From Polyangiaceae bacterium (lineage in GTDB: Bacteria; Myxococcota_A; Polyangia; Polyangiales; Polyangiaceae), in the NCBI GenBank assembly GCA_044376115.1, contig JBILLK010000019.1, forward strand, positions 32,001-96,000: a DNA stretch of 64,000 bases, written 5' to 3'. A model generated the notes under the pieces. That model was given only the letters and a program-made list of their open reading frames with translations. It did no database searches and had not been told where the DNA came from. A program made the translations under genes and the position numbers. Each line of letters opens with the position of its first letter. Position 1 is the stretch's first letter. This document shows, piece after piece, positions 47,565-58,755 of this stretch.

Positions 47565-49327
47565 TCGGGCTCGACCGGCTGGGCTTCGGGGCTGGCGTCG
47601 CCTTCGGGGCTGGGTTCGCTGGGTGGGCCGGGATCGGGGGAGGGCTCGTTCCGAGGCGTGGGCTCGGTTGCGTCGCTCGGGTCGGGACCAGGCGGTTCGC
47701 TCAGCTCCCGCCTCAGGATGGGCGCGCAGGCTCGACAGGTTGGGGCCGTCACCCCGTTGCAACCGCCTTTCGACTGGACGATCGCTTTGGCGCGCTCGAG
47801 CCGCAGGGGGCCGCTCAGCGCGCTCGCGGCGCTGGCTGCACTCGCGCCCAGCGCAACGCACTCGGGGGCGGGTACGCCGCGTTTGGCGAGCCGCGGGAGC
47901 GATCGAAGCTCGGCTGGGTCTTTCGCCGAGGCGGCGCAACCGAGGATGAAGCGATCGAACGGTAGCAAGGCCTCCGCGCCGCCGCCGGGGATGCGCGCTG
48001 CGCCGCCGGCGGCTGCAGGCTTGACCGCGACCTCGGGACAGAGGTCGACGACGTCGAGCAAGTCATCGTCGTCATCATCCGCGTCACACTCGTTGCCGAG
48101 TCGATCGCAGTCGGCGTCGCACTGCTGGGCGTTCTTTTGCTGAGGGCAGTTGTCCTCGGTGTTGCGCACGCCGTCTTGGTCCCAATCGTCGTCGCAGGCG
48201 TCGCCGATCTTGTCCTTGTCGCCGTCGGTTTGGGTGAGGTTCTCGTGCTCGGGGCAGTTGTCGCAGGCGTCCCCGAGCGCGTCGCTATCCGTGTTCTCTT
48301 GCTGTTGATTGGCGACGCGCGGGCAGTTGTCGAGCTCGTCGGGGATGTGGTCGCCATCGCTATCGCGTTTCGCTCGCGTGAGCTCGAACTGCGTGAGTTC
48401 CAGCGCATGACAGGCGTTTTCTTGGGTTAGCTGCAAGCGTGCGGTGTCCCCAGTCGCGCCGCTGCTCAAGAAGGTGAGTCGCTCCGGAACGAGGCGAAAC
48501 GGAGAATCCGGCGGAGAAACAGCGACAGCGTGCGCTGAACCGAAGTGAAGCGCGCGTTCGGGCGCCTCCTCGCAGCGCGCTGCCTGCGAGCCGAAGCTCG
48601 CGAGCGCCTCGAAGCTCTCCATCCAGGGTTCACGCACTTGCCCGAATGCAGCGCCGAAGTCCCCTGCGATGATACCGACCTGTGTCGGGCTCGAGGCGAG
48701 CGAGGTGAGCAGGTGTCGCCATTGGAAGTCCCGGCGTTTGGCGTTGGCTTCGCCGCGGCCCGCTGCGCTGGCCAAGAGCTCCACGCGAAGGCCGGCCTCG
48801 CCGGTGACGCGCACGCGGGCGTAGCGGCCTGCTCCGTCGGGGTAGGAGTACTGATGCGCCCCTGCGTCCAAGGCCCAACCGCTGCCGACCAAAAGCGCTG
48901 GAGCACCCTCGCTGCCCGCGTCCACGGCACGTTCTTCAAACGCTTGGCCGGACAGCCGTTCGAGCTCGGCGTGATAACGAAAGGCTACGCCGCCGCCGCC
49001 TTTGCATGCCTCGCAGGTGCCGGTGTCTGCGAGTACCACCACGAGCTTTTGAGGATCGCCAGCGGCCTCGAGGGTGCGCTTTGCGAGGCCTGTGATCTCG
49101 CCTGGCGTCCACTCGCGACAGTCTGGGTTTTGCGCTCCAACCACGGCCAGCGATAGGTCGACTTTGGCCGCAGGGCTCGATCTCGGAACGGTGGCCTCGC
49201 GGAGTGCCACACAACTCTGCACACTCGCGGTCTTGACTGCTTTGGTTGGTGGTACCGGCGTCTGGACCTGGCAGGCGAGGAACCCGAGCAGGCTGAACCA
49301 GCGCGTGGCTCGGAAGTTTTGCTTCAT
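47561..49327 (-). CDS. Lipoprotein with thrombospondin type-3 repeats
   Basis: Lipobox FLAC; repeated D.DGD...D..DNCP...N..Q.D.D.D..GDACD. Confidence 0.8.
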   Translation of the reverse strand: MKQNFRATRWFSLLGFLACQVQTPVPPTKAVKTASVQSCVALREATVPRSSPAAKVDLSLAVVGAQNPDCREWTPGEITGLAKRTLEAAGDPQKLVVVLADTGTCEACKGGGGVAFRYHAELERLSGQAFEERAVDAGSEGAPALLVGSGWALDAGAHQYSYPDGAGRYARVRVTGEAGLRVELLASAAGRGEANAKRRDFQWRHLLTSLASSPTQVGIIAGDFGAAFGQVREPWMESFEALASFGSQAARCEEAPERALHFGSAHAVAVSPPDSPFRLVPERLTFLSSGATGDTARLQLTQENACHALELTQFELTRAKRDSDGDHIPDELDNCPRVANQQQENTDSDALGDACDNCPEHENLTQTDGDKDKIGDACDDDWDQDGVRNTEDNCPQQKNAQQCDADCDRLGNECDADDDDDDLLDVVDLCPEVAVKPAAAGGAARIPGGGAEALLPFDRFILGCAASAKDPAELRSLPRLAKRGVPAPECVALGASAASAASALSGPLRLERAKAIVQSKGGCNGVTAPTCRACAPILRRELSEPPGPDPSDATEPTPRNEPSPDPGPPSEPSPEGDASPEAQPVEPE

Positions 49328-52230
49328 GCGCCGCCGCCGCGCAAACGCTCGAGTTCGTCCTCGACCCGTTCGGCGAGCTCCTTGTTTGCGGCGAGCCGTC
49401 TTCGCCAGGTTCGTTCGAGTCGCATCAGGTCGTTCCGTTGAACGCGCAACTCCTCCAAGGTTGTTCCAAGGCTGCCCGACTCTCTGGCGTATTGCAGCCG
49501 CGCATAGCCGAGTTCGTCGATTACGCCGCGCAGTTGGTTGAGCGCCTCGAGGTAGGCATCGTCGTAGCGCTCGAGCAGCGTGTTGTCCCCCGCTTGCGAG
49601 GCCTCGTCGATGGCCTTCAGATGTTCGCGCTCGAGCGTCGTCCAGCTGGCGTCATCGAGCCCGAACTGCGCCAAAACGGCGACCTTGTCGGCGTCTTTGA
49701 AGGAAAGCCGCGCTCGCAATGCGGCAGCGTCCTCGAGCTTTGGCGGTGCCGGTTCGGCCGCAGGCGTTGGCTGTGCTGGCGGCGCAACCTCGCCGAACGG
49801 CTCGTCGGCGGGCGGCGTCGGATCATCGGCGAAGCTGGCGTTCGATTGCGACGGCAACGGAGCCGGCGGAGGCTGGGCCGCAGGCTGGGCTGCTATCGGC
49901 GGCGGCGCGGGCTCGGAGACTTTGGGCTCCGCGCTGGCTGCGTCGACCGGGCGGTTTGGCTTCGGTGGTGGGACGAGGTTGAGTGGAACCGCGCTGGGCT
50001 TGGGCAGCGGGGGCGGCATCGGCGGGTCGGTGCTGGGCGCTGGCGTCAGCGTTGCGGGTCGCAACGAAGGAGGAACGACGATGGCTGCCGGTACCGACGG
50101 CGCGGGCGGTGGTACGCGTGCCGAGTGCGGCGCCTCATCGACGCGCATCGGCGCAGAAGGAACCGGCGGCGCCATCGGGATGCGCGGCGGGCTGAGCACC
50201 GGCGGTGCAACCGGTATGGCCGACAGCGCAGAAAGCACCGGCGGTGCAACCGGCGCTGAAGGAGATGCGGATGGCAGCGCTGAAACCGGAGGTGGCGGCG
50301 CGGAAGGCGTTGCCGGCGGAGCGACCGTGGCTGGCGGCGTCTGCACGATGGGCGGCGCAACGGGAGCTGGCGGCGGCGTGGTCGGCACGATGGGCGGCGC
50401 AACGGGAGCTGGCGGCGGCGTGGTCGGCGCGATGGGCGGCGCAACGGGAGCTGGCGGCGGCGCGGAAGGCATTGCGGGCGGCGCAATGGGAGCCGGCGGC
50501 GGCGTGGTCGGTACGGTGGGCGGCGCAACGGGAGCTGGCGGCGGCGTGGTCGGCACGATGGGCGGCGCAACGGGAGCCGGCGGCGCGACCATCGGTGGTG
50601 CGGCTGGTGGCGCCGCCGCTGGTTGCTTCGAGACGCTGAGCAGCGTTGGCTGCGCCGTGAGCTCCGACATCGACGGCGGAGCCGGCTCTCGCATCACGAA
50701 GGCGATCACAGGTGCAGGCGTCGGCCCGATCTCCGGAATTGGGCCGGGCGAAGCCCTTTGCACGTAAAGCGTCCGAATCGAATGGGGAGCCGTGGGTTCA
50801 ACCGCCAATGCCGACGGGGAAAACGGCAGAGCCATGCTCGGAGGCGCGGGCGGCATCGTCTCGTGCCGGGTGGGCAGCTCGAGCGCCATCGTCGGTTGCG
50901 GCGCGAGCCCGCGAGGGTAGCCCGGTGGGCTTGCTGCAAATCCGTTCCCGGCCCAGCCCGGTTCGGTGCGCGCGACGCTGCGATGATCGAACCCGCCACC
51001 GCCAAACGGCAGACCTCCGGGAGCTTCTGCGACCGGCGCTTCGAGTTCGATCTCTTGCGTGATGTGGCGTGGAGGCGGCGGCGGATAGCTGCCTTCGGCG
51101 GGCAATTCGCTGGTGACTTCGCTGGCGATCGGGCGTTGCAAGCCTGCTTGCTGCGGCTGCGCATATTGGCCGTACGCGCCGTAGGCGGGCGCCGAAGAGT
51201 GACCGCCGGCGAAGGGCATGACCGCGTGCCCGCCTCCTTGCTGGGTTTGCAACATCGTGGACGTCGAGAGCTGCTGCGGTTCGGGGCGCTTGTATTGGTC
51301 CACCTCGACGCGCAGCGCGAGCGGTTGATCGGGGCGCGCGATCGCGGCGGTCCCGCGATAGACAATCCACGCCGTCTCGCGATCCCCGTCGAGCCAGACG
51401 GTGTCACAACGAATGGGCACCTCGAAGGTGCTGCCGGTGGTGCCATCCACCCCGACGATGCGCGGCAACACGGAGGGGAGCTTGGTCGTAAAAACCGGAT
51501 GCATCGGGTGCAGGTTCTCGAGCACCACCGCGTCCCCAGGCGAGATGTTCACGACCTGCTGGTCTTGCGGTGCAACGTTGAAGAATTGGAAGTTGAAGCC
51601 CTCGGGCAGCGGGCCCGGCGCGCGGCCAGCCTCCAGCGCGGCGACCCAATAAACGCCAGCCGCATCGAGCAGGTTGTGCCGACTCGGGGCGGTCGGCGCG
51701 ACGGTCCCGGTCACAGCGCTGAAGGAGCCGCCGGCGGGTTCGAGGTTCGGCATCGCCAAGCGGCCTTCCACGGGAATTGCCGCAGGATCCAGCCCAACCG
51801 GGTTCTCCGCCGAGCGAATCGCCCGCTCCGGTGCCAGCAACATCTGCGAAAAGGGACGCGGCGGGCTGGAGCCCCAACGAGCGCCGTCTCGCATCCACAA
51901 GCGGTCACCGGTGATGGAGACGGCCTTGCTGAAGTCACCGATACGGATGCGGGCGATCAGCCGGTCTGCCTCGCTCGCAGGCGGAGCGTACGCTTTGCCG
52001 ACCACCACCACGTCGAGCTTGGGCTTGAAGGGCGCGAGCAGGTTGAGCCGCGCGACGAGCGTCTGCGTGTCGTCGTAACCGAGCGGAAGCTCTTCGGGGG
52101 CAACGAAGCTCGCCACTTGCCCTTGCGCCAACCGCACCGTTCCGTGGACCACTGCTGTCAATGCGTAGCGCCCGGGCTGTGACTCCCAAACGAAGTGCGC
52201 TAATCGAAAAAGCGAGGCAGGCGTGTCCAA
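49324..52230 (-). CDS. DUF2169-domain protein with a long Pro-rich linker and helical C-terminal domain
   Basis: APFKPKLDVVVVGKAYAP, ITGDR, ENPVG, FFNVAPQDQ, LENLHP and CDTVWLD motifs. Confidence 0.8.
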   Translation of the reverse strand: MDTPASLFRLAHFVWESQPGRYALTAVVHGTVRLAQGQVASFVAPEELPLGYDDTQTLVARLNLLAPFKPKLDVVVVGKAYAPPASEADRLIARIRIGDFSKAVSITGDRLWMRDGARWGSSPPRPFSQMLLAPERAIRSAENPVGLDPAAIPVEGRLAMPNLEPAGGSFSAVTGTVAPTAPSRHNLLDAAGVYWVAALEAGRAPGPLPEGFNFQFFNVAPQDQQVVNISPGDAVVLENLHPMHPVFTTKLPSVLPRIVGVDGTTGSTFEVPIRCDTVWLDGDRETAWIVYRGTAAIARPDQPLALRVEVDQYKRPEPQQLSTSTMLQTQQGGGHAVMPFAGGHSSAPAYGAYGQYAQPQQAGLQRPIASEVTSELPAEGSYPPPPPRHITQEIELEAPVAEAPGGLPFGGGGFDHRSVARTEPGWAGNGFAASPPGYPRGLAPQPTMALELPTRHETMPPAPPSMALPFSPSALAVEPTAPHSIRTLYVQRASPGPIPEIGPTPAPVIAFVMREPAPPSMSELTAQPTLLSVSKQPAAAPPAAPPMVAPPAPVAPPIVPTTPPPAPVAPPTVPTTPPPAPIAPPAMPSAPPPAPVAPPIAPTTPPPAPVAPPIVPTTPPPAPVAPPIVQTPPATVAPPATPSAPPPPVSALPSASPSAPVAPPVLSALSAIPVAPPVLSPPRIPMAPPVPSAPMRVDEAPHSARVPPPAPSVPAAIVVPPSLRPATLTPAPSTDPPMPPPLPKPSAVPLNLVPPPKPNRPVDAASAEPKVSEPAPPPIAAQPAAQPPPAPLPSQSNASFADDPTPPADEPFGEVAPPAQPTPAAEPAPPKLEDAAALRARLSFKDADKVAVLAQFGLDDASWTTLEREHLKAIDEASQAGDNTLLERYDDAYLEALNQLRGVIDELGYARLQYARESGSLGTTLEELRVQRNDLMRLERTWRRRLAANKELAERVEDELERLRGGGA
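50344..50590. repeat. 42-bp tandem repeat (about 6 units) encoding PPPAPVAPPIVPTT
   Basis: GGCGGCGCAACGGGAGCTGGCGGCGGCGTGGTCGGCACGATG-like units at 50351, 50393, 50435, 50477, 50519 and 50561. Confidence 0.9.
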
Positions 52231-52259
52231 CGGCCGGGAAGGATACCAGGAGTTCCCCT

Positions 52260-52982
52260 ATGAAGAAGCGCATCTTGGTCGTGGAAGATGAAGTGCACAT
52301 CCGCGAGGTCGTGGAGTATGCGCTTGGCCGAGAGGGCTGGGAGGTCGTCTGCCACGCCGATGGCAAGCGTGCGCTCGAGGACGCGCTGACGAACGGCTAT
52401 CACGCGATCGTCCTCGACGTGATGGTGCCAGAGCTCGATGGCTTGAGCATTTGCCGGCAGCTGCGCTCGTCGAAGACGCGTGCGGCGCGTACGCCGGTGC
52501 TCTTTCTATCGGCGCGCAGTGAAGAGGTGGACCGCATCGTCGGCCTCGAGCTGGGCGGGGATGACTACTTAACCAAGCCTTTTTCGCCTCGGGAGCTCGT
52601 CGCGCGGGTGCGCGCCTTGCTGCGGCGCGCCGAGCTGAGCCTGGAGGCGCCCACCATCGAGACCACGATGCGCAGCCTGACTCACGGTCCGATCGAGCTG
52701 CTGCTCGAGGCGCGCGAGGTCCGCTGCGCGGGGCGGGCTGTGACGCTCACCAAGGCCGAGTTTGATCTATTGTCGGCGCTCTTGGAACGGCCGGGCGTGG
52801 TGCTCAGTCGCACCCAGCTCAAGCTGCGGATGCAGCTCGCCGACGAGGATGGGGAAGGGGAGCGAGGCGTTGATACGCACGTCAAACGCATCCGAGCGAA
52901 GTTCCGCCCGGCCGGCCTCGACCCGATCGCTACGGTTCACGGCGTGGGTTACCGAGCGAGCGCCGTCGAGGAACTGTGCTGA
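52260..52982 (+). CDS. OmpR/PhoB-family response regulator
   Basis: ILVVEDE, VLDVMVPELDG, GGDDYLTKPFSPREL and wHTH VDTHVKRIR...TVHGVGY motifs. Confidence 0.93.
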   Translation: MKKRILVVEDEVHIREVVEYALGREGWEVVCHADGKRALEDALTNGYHAIVLDVMVPELDGLSICRQLRSSKTRAARTPVLFLSARSEEVDRIVGLELGGDDYLTKPFSPRELVARVRALLRRAELSLEAPTIETTMRSLTHGPIELLLEAREVRCAGRAVTLTKAEFDLLSALLERPGVVLSRTQLKLRMQLADEDGEGERGVDTHVKRIRAKFRPAGLDPIATVHGVGYRASAVEELC

Positions 52983-54439
52983 GACGGCTGCTTGGTCGCA
53001 TCAGCGTACGCCTGCTGATCGTCAACCTGTTGGTCGTGCTGGTGCCGGTCGCGGGCCTCGAGTTCGCGAAGATCTTCGAGGTCCAGCTGCTCAATTCGCT
53101 GGAGCGCGACATGCGCAACCAGTCCGCCTTGCTGCGCGCCGAGGTTGAGGCCGACCTCGCGGCGGACCCCTCGCTCTCCTTCTTCGACCGCGCCGCCAAC
53201 GGTGAGGCGGCGCTCGCGCAAGCCGCGCGTTCGACGCGTACGCGCATCCGGCTCGTGGACTTCGACGGTGCGGTGGTGAGCGACTCGCACGTCGAAGGTC
53301 CGCCCGAGGGCGTCGAACCGAAGGCGCCGCGCATGTTGCCGGAGGTCGAGCTGCTCGACAGCGCGCCACGTTCGGGCGAGCGTTGGCCGAGCGTTCCGGC
53401 GCGCGATGAGGTGCTCGGCGCGCTGGCCGGCACGCTCGCGACCAAGACGCGCTTCCGCGAAAAGTCGCCCGGCGTTTTTCTGTTTCTGGCTGAGCCGGTG
53501 ACGGTGCGCGGCGAGGTCCGAGGCGCGGTGTACGTCACGCGTTCGACCCAGCCGGTCTTGGTCGAGCTTTACCGCATTCGCTCGGGCCTAGTGCGCGTGA
53601 TGATCGTCGCCTTGCTCTTGGCCGGCGCTGTCACGCTGGCGCTCGCCTACGACCTTTCGCGGCCGCTCACTGCCTTGGTGCGGGCCTCGCGCGAGGTGGA
53701 GCGCGGCAACCTCGACGCGGAGATCCGCGTCGCGGGTCGAGGCGAGGTGCGTGAGCTGTGCGAGGCGTTCGCTCGGCTGCGCGACCGCCTCGTCGCTCGG
53801 CTGCGCTTTGCGCGCGAGTTTGCCACCGACGTCGCGCACGAGTTCAAGTCGCCGCTCACCTCGATCCGCGGGGCCGCGGAGCTGCTGCGAGACGGAGCTT
53901 GGGAGGAGACGGCGTCGCGCGAGCTGTTCCTGAAGAACGTGCTCAGCGAGACCGAACGCTTGCGCGGGCTCACCGAGCGGCTGCTTCTGCTCGGTCGCAT
54001 CGAGGCGCGCGAACAGCCGCGAGTGAAGGTTGATTTCGCTGAGCTCGTCGCCGCAGAGGCAGCGCGCTTCAGCGACCTCGAGTTGCAGCTCCCCGCGCAC
54101 GCGCCGGTCCTCGGCCGCGAAGCCGATCTGCGGATGGCCGTGGCGAACCTGCTCGAGAACGCGCAGCACCATCGGAGCAAGGCGCCGGTGAAGGTCGCTC
54201 TCCGCGCGGCCGGCTCGCAACTTCAACTCAGCGTCGAGAACGACGGCCCCGGCATTAGCCCCGCCAACCAAGCCAAGATCTTTGGGCGCTTCTTCACCAC
54301 ACGCAGGGAGCAAGGTGGCTCGGGTTTGGGCTTGGCGATCGTCCGGTCGGTGGCCGAGGCTCACGGCGGCGGCGCAGACTTCACGAGCGAGGAGGGACGC
54401 ACCGAGTTCCGCCTGCTCTTGCCGCTGTCCCGGCTCTGA
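52976..54439 (+). CDS. Membrane sensor histidine kinase (HAMP-HisKA-HATPase)
   Basis: Two TM segments; DVAHEFKSPLTSIRG, NLLENA, NDGPGI and GSGLGLAI motifs. Confidence 0.93.
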   Translation: MLRRLLGRISVRLLIVNLLVVLVPVAGLEFAKIFEVQLLNSLERDMRNQSALLRAEVEADLAADPSLSFFDRAANGEAALAQAARSTRTRIRLVDFDGAVVSDSHVEGPPEGVEPKAPRMLPEVELLDSAPRSGERWPSVPARDEVLGALAGTLATKTRFREKSPGVFLFLAEPVTVRGEVRGAVYVTRSTQPVLVELYRIRSGLVRVMIVALLLAGAVTLALAYDLSRPLTALVRASREVERGNLDAEIRVAGRGEVRELCEAFARLRDRLVARLRFAREFATDVAHEFKSPLTSIRGAAELLRDGAWEETASRELFLKNVLSETERLRGLTERLLLLGRIEAREQPRVKVDFAELVAAEAARFSDLELQLPAHAPVLGREADLRMAVANLLENAQHHRSKAPVKVALRAAGSQLQLSVENDGPGISPANQAKIFGRFFTTRREQGGSGLGLAIVRSVAEAHGGGADFTSEEGRTEFRLLLPLSRL

Positions 54440-54598
54440 TGCCCGGCGAAGAAAAATCGTGCGCACGACCCCAAAGTCTCTTGACTTGAATCACGACCTT
54501 AGAGAAAGTGCGCCCGCTTGTTAGGGCGCAGCCCGATGCAAGCGCGTCAGGTTGACGCTGGTCCGCCGTCCTTCGGCAAGCAGCGTCTCAGGGTCCCT

Positions 54599-54672
54599 TG
54601 GGGGATCGTCTAATGGCAGGACGCAAGACTCTGACTCTTGCTATCAAGGTTCGAATCCTTGTCCCCCAGCCA
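54599..54672 (+). tRNA. tRNA-Gln(CTG)
   Basis: Acceptor TGGGGGA/TCCCCCA; anticodon arm CAAGA-CT-CTG-AC-TCTTG; GGTTCGAATCC; encoded CCA. Confidence 0.96.
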
Positions 54673-54751
54673 ACCTCGTACTCTTAGTTTTCTCTTTATC
54701 TTCTCTTCTTAACGTTCTATCTCGGTCATCTTTTCTTAGCTCGGCAAGCTG

Positions 54752-54826
54752 GGTCCCATCGTCTAGCGGTTAGGACATCGGCCTCTCACGCCGGTAACGC
54801 GGGTTCGATTCCCGCTGGGATCGCCA
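54752..54826 (+). tRNA. tRNA-Glu(CTC)
   Basis: Acceptor GGTCCCA/TGGGATC; anticodon arm TCGGC-CT-CTC-AC-GCCGG; GGTTCGATTCC; encoded CCA. Confidence 0.96.
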
Positions 54827-54855
54827 AAAGTGAGAAGCCCGCAAGGGCACTAAAG

Positions 54856-54881
54856 ACCACCCACCCGGGTGGTTTTTTTTT
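54856..54881 (+). terminator. Intrinsic terminator after the tRNA pair
   Basis: ACCACCC-ACCC-GGGTGGT hairpin followed by a long T run. Confidence 0.88.
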
Positions 54882-54974
54882 GCCTTTGGGCCGACGCAGG
54901 CCCCGGCGCGTGGCCCATGTTTGTCACTCGGAGGGCCAGGTGGCTAGATCGTATTCTTAAGCTGCGGATGCCCC

Positions 54975-55002
54975 TTGACGGACTTCTCGAACGGATTACG
55001 TT
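54975..55002 (+). promoter_or_regulatory. Sigma70-type promoter of groESL
   Basis: TTGACG-N16-TACGTT immediately upstream of CIRCE. Confidence 0.6.
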
Positions 55003-55010
55003 CCGCGCCG

Positions 55011-55037
55011 CTAGCAGTCACCGCGGGTGAGTGCCAA
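55011..55037 (+). promoter_or_regulatory. CIRCE element (HrcA operator)
   Basis: CTAGCAGTC-N9-GAGTGCCAA versus consensus TTAGCACTC-N9-GAGTGCTAA, upstream of groES. Confidence 0.88.
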
Positions 55038-55096
55038 ACACTGGCCCGGCTGGGAGACTGCGCAGTTTTACAACACCTTGAGAGGTTGGGACGACA

Positions 55097-55387
55097 ATGA
55101 ACATCAGGCCGCTTCAGGACCGAATCGTGGTTAAGCGCATCGAGGGTGAGAGCAAGACCAAGGGCGGGATCATCATCCCCGACTCTGCCAAAGAGAAGCC
55201 GATTGAGGGGACTGTCGTCGCTGTCGGAAATGGCAAAGCCCTCAAAGACGGCAAGGTCCGTCCGGTTGAGGTGAAGGTCGGCGACACGATCCTCTTCGGC
55301 AAGTACAGCGGCACCGAGATCAAGCTCGACGGTGTCGAACACATCATCATTCGCGAGGATGACATCCTCGCCGTCACCAACGCCTGA
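55097..55387 (+). CDS. groES: Co-chaperonin GroES
   Basis: [12 protein letters not shown]...[15 protein letters not shown]...[15 protein letters not shown]. Confidence 0.98.
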   Translation: MNIRPLQDRIVVKRIEGESKTKGGIIIPDSAKEKPIEGTVVAVGNGKALKDGKVRPVEVKVGDTILFGKYSGTEIKLDGVEHIIIREDDILAVTNA

Positions 55388-55401
55388 ACAGGAAGATCGC
55401 C

Positions 55402-57078
<1,677 letters not shown>

Positions 57079-57134
57079 GCCCCGCGTAGGCGCTCACGGT
57101 TCGTACCTCGGACCGAGCGCCTCTGCTCTGCTTG

Positions 57135-57174
57135 GAAAGGCCGTTGCGGGCACACCGCAGCGGCCTTTTTCTTT
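57135..57174 (+). terminator. Intrinsic terminator after groEL
   Basis: AAAGGCCGTTGCGG...CCGCAGCGGCCTTT followed by TTCTTT. Confidence 0.8.
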
Positions 57175-57283
57175 GGGCCGCAGGCAGAGACCGATGCCGT
57201 CGCCAGCCAAGCTTTGAAGGTTACGCGCGACCGCGACGCCGGAACTGTCAACCTCGGTCGAGATCGGGCTATCCTCCCGCGCC

Positions 57284-57955
57284 ATGACGGATACTCCGCG
57301 AAGTGGGCGAGAGTTTGAGCCTGGGGAGGTGCTCTTCCGCGAGGGGGAGCCGGGCGAGCTGATGTACGTCATCCAAGCGGGCTCGGTGAAGATCTCCAAG
57401 TCGGTGAACGGGGAGGAGAAGCTGTTGGCGTCGCTTGGCCCAGGGGAATTTTTCGGGGAGATGGCGCTGCTCAACGGTAAGCCGCGGAGCGCTACTGCCA
57501 CGGTGCTGCAAGCAACTCGCTGCCTCGTGATCGACTCGCGGACGCTCGAGGAGATGCTCGCTCGCAACGCAGAGATCGCGCTGCGCCTGATCAAGAAGTT
57601 GGCGATGCGTTTGGACTCGGCAGACTCCCTGATCGAGATCTTGCTGCATCGCGATCCGAAGGCGCGGGTGCTCCTCGCGCTCTCACGGCACGCGCAAGCG
57701 AGCGGTGAAGAGTGTTCAGAAGGCGTTCGCGTCCGCGTCTCGGTGGAGGATCTCGCTCGCGACGCAGCCGCCGACGTCCGCGTGGTCGAAGACATGATGG
57801 GTCGCATTCGTCGCTTGGGGATCGCGCGGGACTTTGCGGAGGGCGTGATCGTGACCGATCTCGAGCGGCTGCGGGACTTCCTCGAGTTCTTGGAGACGCT
57901 GCGACCGCCGGAGCCATCGATCCCGCCGTCAGCGGGCAGTGGAGAAGCATCCTGA
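57284..57955 (+). CDS. Crp/Fnr-family cyclic-nucleotide-binding protein
   Basis: LFREGEPG..MYVI..G.V; GEFFGEMALL...PRSATA phosphate-binding cassette; degenerate C-terminal HTH. Confidence 0.85.
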   Translation: MTDTPRSGREFEPGEVLFREGEPGELMYVIQAGSVKISKSVNGEEKLLASLGPGEFFGEMALLNGKPRSATATVLQATRCLVIDSRTLEEMLARNAEIALRLIKKLAMRLDSADSLIEILLHRDPKARVLLALSRHAQASGEECSEGVRVRVSVEDLARDAAADVRVVEDMMGRIRRLGIARDFAEGVIVTDLERLRDFLEFLETLRPPEPSIPPSAGSGEAS

Positions 57956-58725
57956 TGGAGCTTTATGTGGTGGGCTGTCACGGTGGAGAAACGCCCAAGC
58001 ACCGTGCGAGCACCTTCCTTCTCGACCAGACGCTGGCGATCGACGCGGGCTCTGTCACGCGCGGCTTGGAGCTCGATGGTCAGGCCCGGCTCGAGGCCTG
58101 TTTGGTCAGCCACGCTCACGTGGACCACGTCAGGGACCTGGCCACGCTCGCCGACAACCGCTGTCAAATGCGATGTGCACCGCTGGTCGTAGCTGGCATG
58201 TCGTCGACCATCGCGGCGCTCAAGCGGCACTTCTTCAATGGCTTGATCTGGCCCGACTTCAGTCGAATTCCTTGCGGCCCGCACGGCATGACGATCGAGT
58301 TCGTCGAGCTCGAGCCGGAGGTCCCAACGATCGTAGCCGGGCGTCGAGTCACGGCGGTGGAGGTCTCGCACACGATCGATTGCAGCGGCTTCGTCGTCGA
58401 ACACAAGGGGGAGGCCATCGCGTACTCCGGAGATACCGGCCCCACCGAGCGCTTGTGGCAAGTGCTTTCAGGCGTGAAGAACCTGAAGGCGCTGCTGCTG
58501 GAAGTCAGCTTTCCCGACCGTGAAGAGGGGCTCGCCACCGTCTCTGGTCACTACACGCCGAAGACGCTTGCCGCCGATCTCAAGAAGCTCGCCGGGCAGC
58601 GCGACTTGCCGACGCTGCTCTATCACATCAAGCCGTTCTACCAGAAAGAGGTCGAGCAGGAATGTGCCCGCCTGGCAGGCTTGAGCTTGGAGATCCCCAA
58701 CCTCGAGGATCTGTTTCAGCTCTAG
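57955..58725 (+). CDS. Class II 3',5'-cyclic-nucleotide phosphodiesterase (MBL fold)
   Basis: VGCHGG, IDAGS, SHAHVDHV, HFFNGLIWPDF, YSGDTG, EVSFP, GHYTP and YHIKP motifs; TGATG coupling with the Crp gene. Confidence 0.85.
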   Translation: MELYVVGCHGGETPKHRASTFLLDQTLAIDAGSVTRGLELDGQARLEACLVSHAHVDHVRDLATLADNRCQMRCAPLVVAGMSSTIAALKRHFFNGLIWPDFSRIPCGPHGMTIEFVELEPEVPTIVAGRRVTAVEVSHTIDCSGFVVEHKGEAIAYSGDTGPTERLWQVLSGVKNLKALLLEVSFPDREEGLATVSGHYTPKTLAADLKKLAGQRDLPTLLYHIKPFYQKEVEQECARLAGLSLEIPNLEDLFQL

Positions 58726-58755
58726 CGGCGCTGGCTTGAGTCGACGCGCGGGGCT

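Noticed and set aside
50344..50590. CRISPR array
   Set aside because: The repeats are contiguous, in frame and coding, with no unique spacers or cas genes
54599..54826. tRNA-anchored genomic island
   Set aside because: No integrase and no duplicated tRNA 3' end noticed; the flanks are housekeeping genes
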